From assembly GCF_900142095.1 (NCBI RefSeq), contig NZ_FQZP01000036.1:1-29489 (forward strand): 29,489 bases of DNA. Reading direction: 5' to 3'. A program made the translations under genes and the position numbers. The notes beneath the pieces are model-generated. The model had not been told where the DNA came from and searched no databases. It saw only the letters and a program-made list of their open reading frames with translations. This DNA comes from Thermoclostridium caenicola (lineage in GTDB: Bacteria; Bacillota; Clostridia; DSM-8532). This document shows, in pieces, positions 23,993 to 29,489 of this stretch; the first letter of the stretch is position 1; each line of letters starts with the position of its first letter.

Positions 23993-24733
23993 TTAATCGT
24001 TCAGTATGGTTCCGTCGGTTCCGATGGTGACCACCTGCCAGGGAATCATTTTGCCGCTGTTGAGAAGGGCATTCTTGACGGCGTTCACAATGCCACCGCA
24101 GCAGGGTACTTCCATGCGGAGAACCGTAATACTCCTGATGTCGTTATAGCTGAGAATATCGGTCAGCTTTTCGGAATAATCCTCATCATCCAGCTTGGGA
24201 CAGCCGATGATGGTGATTTTGTTTTTCATATAGTCCTGGTGGATGTTGGCATAGGCGTAGGCCGTACAATCGGCAGCCACCAAAAGGTGTGCGTCCTGGA
24301 AATAGGGCGCGTTGGGAGGTACCAGACGAATCTGGCAGGGCCACTGTCTGAGTTCGGACTGCGGCTTTTCGGTGTTCGCAGGAACCCCTGGTCTGCTTTC
24401 GGCGGCCTCGCGCCGGATGAACATGGCCCGGCTTCCGGGACAACCGCCTGTGTGGGCGTGGTGGTGCACCGGGTCCTGAGCCTGGGAAGATGCTTTCTGC
24501 GCCATGTTCTGCAGTACGGCCGCTTCATCAAAGGCTGCCGCTTCTCTTTCCTCTATGGTGATGGCACCGGTGGGGCATTCGGGCAGGCAGTTTCCCAAAC
24601 CGTCGCAATAGGCTTCGGACACCAGCCTGGCCTTACCGTTCACAAGCTGCAAGGCACCTTCATGGCATGCGGTGATGCACAGGCCGCACCCGTTGCATTT
24701 ATCTTCATCGATTTTGACAATTTTTCTGATCAT
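23993..24733 (-). CDS. 4Fe-4S dicluster ferredoxin-domain protein co-transcribed with hcp
   Basis: Contains 'CNGCGLCITAC' and 'CDGLGNCLPECP' cluster motifs. The start is set to ATG 24733 (AGGTGA RBS); the track's GTG start overlaps the RBS. A 20-nt gap separates it from the hcp start. Confidence 0.75.
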   Translation of the reverse strand: MIRKIVKIDEDKCNGCGLCITACHEGALQLVNGKARLVSEAYCDGLGNCLPECPTGAITIEEREAAAFDEAAVLQNMAQKASSQAQDPVHHHAHTGGCPGSRAMFIRREAAESRPGVPANTEKPQSELRQWPCQIRLVPPNAPYFQDAHLLVAADCTAYAYANIHQDYMKNKITIIGCPKLDDEDYSEKLTDILSYNDIRSITVLRMEVPCCGGIVNAVKNALLNSGKMIPWQVVTIGTDGTILND

Positions 24734-24982
24734 GGTATTCACCTCTTAATCCCTGTTCACAGGGTCTTTTTCGTTTTCTTGCAATGCCATTATATTGCTA
24801 AAGGGGATGTGTATCGGTAGCCCTGGCTACAAAAATAAATTTCCTGCGGAATTGATGGATTGTTGGCTGAAAATCTCTATCCCTATTCCGTCAGAGAAAT
24901 ATACCCTTGATAGAAAGGGGGCACATGGGCTACACTAAATAACGGTGTTCAATGGCAAACCGTATCATTTACGGAGGTAGCA

Positions 24983-27643
24983 ATGGATAACGGTATGTGC
25001 TTCCATACCATGGAAGCGGAGGAAGTCATCCGCGTTCTTCAATCCCGTCCGGAAGGCCTGACCGATGCCGAAGCCGGCGAACGGTTTGGGAAATACGGAG
25101 CAAATGCTTTGGAAGAAGGGAAGAAGAGGACCCTTCCGGCCATGTTTCTGGAGCAGTTTAAAAACTTCATGGTGATTGTGCTCCTGGTGGCTGCCGTCAT
25201 TTCGGCGACCGTTGCAAAGGAGACGGCCGATGCGGCCATCATCCTCTTTGTGGTACTCCTGAATGCCGTGCTGGGTGTCATACAGGAGAGCAAGGCTGAA
25301 AAGGCGCTTGCTGCGCTGAAAAAGATGTCATCGCCCCATGTGAAGGTCAGGCGCGGCGGTAATGTCAGGCAGATAAAAACCGAAGAGCTGGTTCCCGGCG
25401 ATATTGTCCTGCTGGAAGCCGGGGATGTGGTTCCGGCCGACATGCGGCTTCTGGAAAGCGCCAGCCTCAAGATTGAGGAAGCTGCGCTCACAGGTGAATC
25501 GGTTCCGGTGGAAAAGGTGACGGAACCTCTGAAGGAGAAGGATTTGGTCATCGGTGACAGGAAAAACATGGCCTATTCCGGCAGTCATGTCACCTATGGA
25601 AGGGGCGTGGGAATCGTCACCCAAACCGGTATGAAAACCGAGGTGGGAAAGATAGCCGGGCATCTTGCCATGGCTGAGGATTCCCAGACCCCACTGCAGA
25701 GAAAGCTTAACGAGATGAGCAGGATCCTGAGCATCGGCGTGCTTTTGGTATGCCTGGTCATGTTCGCGGTGGGCCTGCTCCAGGGCAGGGAAACCCTTGA
25801 TATCTTCATGATGGCGGTCAGCCTGGCGGTTGCCGCCATCCCCGAGGGGCTGGCCGCCGTGGTCACCATTGTGCTGGCCATTGGCGTCCAGAGAATGGCT
25901 AAAAAGAACGCCATCATCAGAAAGCTGTCCGCCGTTGAGACGCTGGGTAGCACCCAGATCATCTGTTCCGACAAAACAGGGACCCTTACCCAGAACAAGA
26001 TGACCGTGAAGGCCGTTTACATGAACGGAAAGCTGATGGCCGCAGAGGAAGCGAGCGCTGCCGACGGGCATTTCAGGCAGTTTATCCGTGCCATCATGCT
26101 GTGCAATGACTCGAAGATGGACAGGAAAGGCAATGAGGCGCGGCTCCTGGGAGATCCCACGGAAACGGCCCTGGTGGAATACGGCATGAAGATGGGGTTA
26201 TCCATGGAGGAAACGGAGAAGGGTAATCCCCGCGTGGCAGAACTGCCCTTCGATTCGGAAAGGAAGCTGATGACCACGGTCCATCAATCCCCGGAGGGCG
26301 TCTTTTCCATCACCAAGGGTGCGCCTGATGTGCTGATTGAAAGGTGTAACCATATCCTGGAAGACGGTAACGTCAGGGATCTGACCGATGAGGACAGGAA
26401 AGCCATCGTAAAGGCCAACAAGGAAATGGCCGACCAGGCCTTAAGGGTTCTGGCGGTAGCCCGGAAGACCCTGGACCGGGTTCCCGAAACCGTTACGCAG
26501 GAGACAATGGAAAGCGGGCTGGCCTTTATCGGCCTTGTGGGCATGATCGATCCGCCGAGGGAGGAGGCGAAGGAAGCCGTCAGGATATGCAAACAGGCCG
26601 GGATACGCCCCATCATGATCACCGGCGACCACAGGGATACGGCGGCGGCCATCGCCCGGGAACTGGGGATTGCCCGCACTAGCGATGAAGTCATCACCGG
26701 AAGCCAGTTGAGCGCTCTCTCTGATGAAGCGTTCAACGAGCAGGTGGATCGCTACTCGGTTTATGCCAGGGTTTCACCGGAGCATAAGGTACGGATTGTC
26801 AAGGCATGGAAGCATAAAGGAAAGATTGTGGCCATGACGGGGGACGGGGTGAACGATGCGCCGGCCCTGAAATCCTCGGATATCGGAGTGGGCATGGGCA
26901 TTACCGGTACCGAGGTTTCCAAGGGCGTGTCCGACATGGTGCTGGCCGATGACAATTTTGCCACCATCGTCCACGCGGTCAGGGAAGGGCGCAAGATCTA
27001 CAGCAATATCCGAAAGACGGTGCAGTTCCTGCTTTCCTGCAACCTGGGCGAGGTCTTCACCCTGTTCATCGCAACGCTTTTGCCCGCTCTTTTCAGCGAT
27101 CATATCCTGTTCCCGATCCATATCCTTTGGATCAACCTGATCACCGACACCCTGCCTGCGCTGGCCCTGGGCATGGAACAGGCCGAACCGGATGTCATGA
27201 ACAAGCCGCCCAGGGATCCCAAAAGCAGCTTCTTTGCAGACAGGGTGGGCTTCAATATCATCTACCAGGGGATTCTGGAAGGAAGCCTGGTGCTCATAGC
27301 CTATCTTATCGGCAGGCAGTATTCTCCGGAGACGGCCACTACCATGGCCTTCGTGGCGCTGGGGCTCATCCAGCTCTTCCACTCGTTCAATACGCGCTCC
27401 AATGAGGAGTCCGTCTTCAGGCTCGGGCTGTTTTCCAATCCGTGGCTGATAGGTGCGTTCCTGCTCTCAGCTCTGCTGCAGCTTTCGGTTGTCTTCCTGC
27501 CCTTCCTGAACGGGCTGTTCCGAGTGACGCCCCTTACCGTCGGACAATGGCTGACGGTTATCGGCCTGTCCTTCCTGATGATCCCCATCGTGGAAGCGGT
27601 CAAGTGGATTGAACGGCGAATCTGGAACAGAAAGGCGCAATGA
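24983..27643 (+). CDS. Calcium-type (P2A-like) cation-transporting P-type ATPase
   Basis: GGAGG RBS upstream. Motifs TGES, CSDKTGTLT, TGDHRDTA and TGDGVNDAPALK are present. The protein is 886 aa with 10 TM segments. Confidence 0.9.
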   Translation: MDNGMCFHTMEAEEVIRVLQSRPEGLTDAEAGERFGKYGANALEEGKKRTLPAMFLEQFKNFMVIVLLVAAVISATVAKETADAAIILFVVLLNAVLGVIQESKAEKALAALKKMSSPHVKVRRGGNVRQIKTEELVPGDIVLLEAGDVVPADMRLLESASLKIEEAALTGESVPVEKVTEPLKEKDLVIGDRKNMAYSGSHVTYGRGVGIVTQTGMKTEVGKIAGHLAMAEDSQTPLQRKLNEMSRILSIGVLLVCLVMFAVGLLQGRETLDIFMMAVSLAVAAIPEGLAAVVTIVLAIGVQRMAKKNAIIRKLSAVETLGSTQIICSDKTGTLTQNKMTVKAVYMNGKLMAAEEASAADGHFRQFIRAIMLCNDSKMDRKGNEARLLGDPTETALVEYGMKMGLSMEETEKGNPRVAELPFDSERKLMTTVHQSPEGVFSITKGAPDVLIERCNHILEDGNVRDLTDEDRKAIVKANKEMADQALRVLAVARKTLDRVPETVTQETMESGLAFIGLVGMIDPPREEAKEAVRICKQAGIRPIMITGDHRDTAAAIARELGIARTSDEVITGSQLSALSDEAFNEQVDRYSVYARVSPEHKVRIVKAWKHKGKIVAMTGDGVNDAPALKSSDIGVGMGITGTEVSKGVSDMVLADDNFATIVHAVREGRKIYSNIRKTVQFLLSCNLGEVFTLFIATLLPALFSDHILFPIHILWINLITDTLPALALGMEQAEPDVMNKPPRDPKSSFFADRVGFNIIYQGILEGSLVLIAYLIGRQYSPETATTMAFVALGLIQLFHSFNTRSNEESVFRLGLFSNPWLIGAFLLSALLQLSVVFLPFLNGLFRVTPLTVGQWLTVIGLSFLMIPIVEAVKWIERRIWNRKAQ

Positions 27644-27666
27644 ATTTCCAGTTACGGAAATGAAGC

Positions 27667-27716
27667 GGGAAGCCGGGGCATTGCCTGGATTTGCAGCCGG
27701 CTTCCCGTTTTTTTTA
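27667..27716 (+). terminator. Intrinsic terminator: gggaagccgg / ccggcttccc stem with a structured 20-nt loop, followed by T9
   Basis: Perfect 10-bp stem plus a long U-run, 24 nt after the ATPase stop. Confidence 0.8.
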
Positions 27717-27985
27717 TATTGAGTTGCAGTACTGTGCTGAGCCCACAATTGACGCCTGAACCTTACTTGAATCCTGGTCTGAAGAGATTGCTTCGTCGCT
27801 TGGCTCCTCGCAATGACAATCCAGCTATAGCTCCCATAGATTGCCATGCTCCGCTGATGCTTCACTCGCAAAGACATCACAAGCACCGGACATCAGACCG
27901 ATTCCAATTTGATGCGTATAGTATGTTGGTGTTTCTCCATATTTTGTGATAGACTGGTATCCAATATTAAAAAGGAGAGGGGACT

Positions 27986-28843
27986 ATGCTTTGGTCGCGC
28001 TATGGCGGGCTCAGGCTCAGGAACATCGGGGAGACATCCTGGCGTATCATCGTCCTGTTTATTGTGCTGGAGGTATTGTTAAGCACGCTGATCAACCTGG
28101 TCATCTTTCCGTCCGGTATCCTATCGGTTTTCCGGCAAATGACCTTTGGCATCATCAATGAAACCCTGTTGGCCAACCTCCTGATGATTGCCGTGCTGGT
28201 TTGTCTGTTGATAATCCGTCTCGGCAGGCTTTCCTGGGCGGATCTCGGCATAAAAAGAAACCGCCTGGCGGCCGGCATTGCTGCCACTCTGACGCTCTGG
28301 CTTGCCAAGGAAATCATTAACGTGGTCGCATCAATCCTGCTGACCGGCAATATCATTTGGTCCGGAAACTGGCAGGTCTATGGGGTCCCTGTCCTGATTG
28401 GAGCTCTATTGGGCCAGGTTTTTGGCAATGCCCTTTTTGAGGAGATCACATTCAGAGGCTTTCTGGTGCCCCAGATAAGCAAAAAGATTCCTGCGGGTAA
28501 ATGGCGTACGGCGATTGCCGTATTGATATCCCAGACGCTTTTCGGGCTTATCCATATCCCAAACAGGCTTTACTCGGGAGTGGCACCGGATCAGATGCTG
28601 ATCAGCATTCTTTTGCCGGCAGTCCTGGGAGTTTTCTTATCCTTGATCTATATTGTCACCGACAATCTATTCTTCGCCATCGGTGTCCATGTGCTGAACA
28701 ATATTCCCATGAATATTGCGGACGGATTGAATCTCTTTTACCTTAATCTCGTTGTAACCATTATCCTCCTTGTGATCTGGCCGTTTACCTTCAAGAAGCT
28801 GCAGCCGGATCCGCAGGAGGCCTGTGAAGAGGTGTGCGTATGA
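27986..28843 (+). CDS. CPBP-family (CAAX/Abi) intramembrane metalloprotease
   Basis: AGGAGAGG RBS upstream. Motif 1 'EEITFRGFLVPQ', motif 2 'FGLIHIPN' and motif 3 'HVLNN' are present in a polytopic membrane protein. Confidence 0.8.
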   Translation: MLWSRYGGLRLRNIGETSWRIIVLFIVLEVLLSTLINLVIFPSGILSVFRQMTFGIINETLLANLLMIAVLVCLLIIRLGRLSWADLGIKRNRLAAGIAATLTLWLAKEIINVVASILLTGNIIWSGNWQVYGVPVLIGALLGQVFGNALFEEITFRGFLVPQISKKIPAGKWRTAIAVLISQTLFGLIHIPNRLYSGVAPDQMLISILLPAVLGVFLSLIYIVTDNLFFAIGVHVLNNIPMNIADGLNLFYLNLVVTIILLVIWPFTFKKLQPDPQEACEEVCV

Positions 28844-29415
28844 ATCATTTGAGCTCGGGACTTCGTTCGAATCTGCTGGAGAGGGGAGCAAGCCTGGTAG
28901 GGTTTGCGGATCTGAAAGATTTTCCTGCAAAGGATCGCATGGATTTTGCCTATGGCGTTTCCATCGCCGTGGCCATCCGTCCCGACATTATCCGGGGCAT
29001 AGAAAACGGACCGACCCTGGCATACTATGAGGAATACGTGAGGCTAAACGAGCAGCTGAACAGCCTGGCAGAATACACTGCCGATTATTTGAAAGGGCAT
29101 GGATTTGAAGCCATCCCGCAGACCACCACGAGAGTCGTCCAGGACAGGAACGCCTTGCGGACGCCGCTGCCCCACAAGACCGTGGCCACAAGGGCCGGGC
29201 TTGGCTGGATAGGCAAATGTGCGTTGTTGGTCACAAAAAGCTTTGGCTCTGCCCTGCGATTCACGTCTGTTCTGACCAATGCGCCTCTGCCTGCAGGAAT
29301 ACCGGTAAATGCTTCCTCCTGCGGGACCTGTACCCGTTGCCGGGAAGCCTGCCCCGGAAAGGCTGTCAAGGGCATCAACTGGTCTCCGGAACTGGGCTCT
29401 GTTAACTTAGTATGA
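28840..29415 (+). CDS. Half-length QueG-like protein (DUF1730-like N-domain plus a single CxxCxxCxxxCP cluster). A truncated epoxyqueuosine-reductase paralog or remnant.
   Basis: 'RAGLGWIGKCALLVTKSFGSALRFTSVLTNAPLP...CGTCTRCREACPGKAV' parallels the Bacillus QueG segment 'RAGIGFSAKN...CGSCTKCLDACPTGAL'. The ORF stops about 20 aa later, so it lacks the second cluster and the HEAT region. GAGGTG lies 5 nt before ATG 28840. Confidence 0.5.
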   Translation: MNHLSSGLRSNLLERGASLVGFADLKDFPAKDRMDFAYGVSIAVAIRPDIIRGIENGPTLAYYEEYVRLNEQLNSLAEYTADYLKGHGFEAIPQTTTRVVQDRNALRTPLPHKTVATRAGLGWIGKCALLVTKSFGSALRFTSVLTNAPLPAGIPVNASSCGTCTRCREACPGKAVKGINWSPELGSVNLV

Positions 29416-29489
29416 AAGAAATGAGGCCTGAAAGGCTTCTGGTAAGTTTAAAAAAAGAAAAAACCTACAAATGGAAACGACTAAGTGTA

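Noticed and set aside
22248-24820. Long + strand ORFs (379 aa and 277 aa) antisense to hcp and the ferredoxin gene
   Set aside because: The opposite strand encodes textbook Hcp and 4Fe-4S proteins. The antisense products are low-complexity and have no starts with RBS.
25039-26736. Several 130-250-aa ORFs on the minus strand inside the P-type ATPase gene
   Set aside because: These are shadow ORFs, and the + strand carries all canonical P-type ATPase motifs.
1-29489. Search for CRISPR arrays, IS elements, integrases, toxin-antitoxin pairs or tRNA genes
   Set aside because: I found none. There are no short regularly spaced direct repeats, no transposase or integrase-like ORFs, and no cloverleaf-like sequences in the intergenic gaps.

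Overview
The window is about 29.5 kb of chromosomal DNA at roughly 55% GC, and it looks like it comes from a spore-forming Firmicute, probably Clostridia-like. It is gene-dense, with 20 CDS supportable on both strands, strong Shine-Dalgarno sites (GGAGG/AGGTGA) and clear intrinsic terminators. I did not recognise any rRNA, tRNA, CRISPR array, transposase or integrase.

Recognisable genes, in order along the window:
- an HDOD-domain protein
- glucosamine-6-phosphate deaminase (nagB)
- a ytrH-ytrI-like sporulation membrane protein pair
- a secreted class-A beta-lactamase-fold serine hydrolase
- a UvrD/PcrA-type helicase
- a secreted lamin-tail-domain + CotH kinase-family protein
- a membrane protein of unknown function
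- a DHH/DHHA1 phosphoesterase with an extra C-terminal domain
- an orphan cytoplasmic sensor histidine kinase
- an NfeD-flotillin pair
- a DUF815-type AAA+ ATPase
- a large secreted vWA protein with Ca-binding repeats and a C-terminal Cys/His/Asp papain-like domain
- a 3xLysM wall-binding protein
- a ferredoxin-like protein plus hydroxylamine reductase (hcp) operon
- a Ca-type P-type ATPase
- a CPBP (CAAX) intramembrane protease
- a half-length QueG-like Fe-S protein

Non-coding structure worth attention:
- a perfect 18-bp inverted repeat pair bracketing 134 bp in a convergent intergenic region
- a promoter-plus-terminator leader in front of ytrH
- a G10 homopolymer inside the very AT-rich leader of the orphan kinase gene
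- several operator-like palindromes

I found no single overwhelming novel system. The most unusual items are the inverted-repeat element, the vWA/peptidase protein next to the DUF815 ATPase, and the regulatory leaders. Domain calls rest on motifs read by eye, not on database searches.
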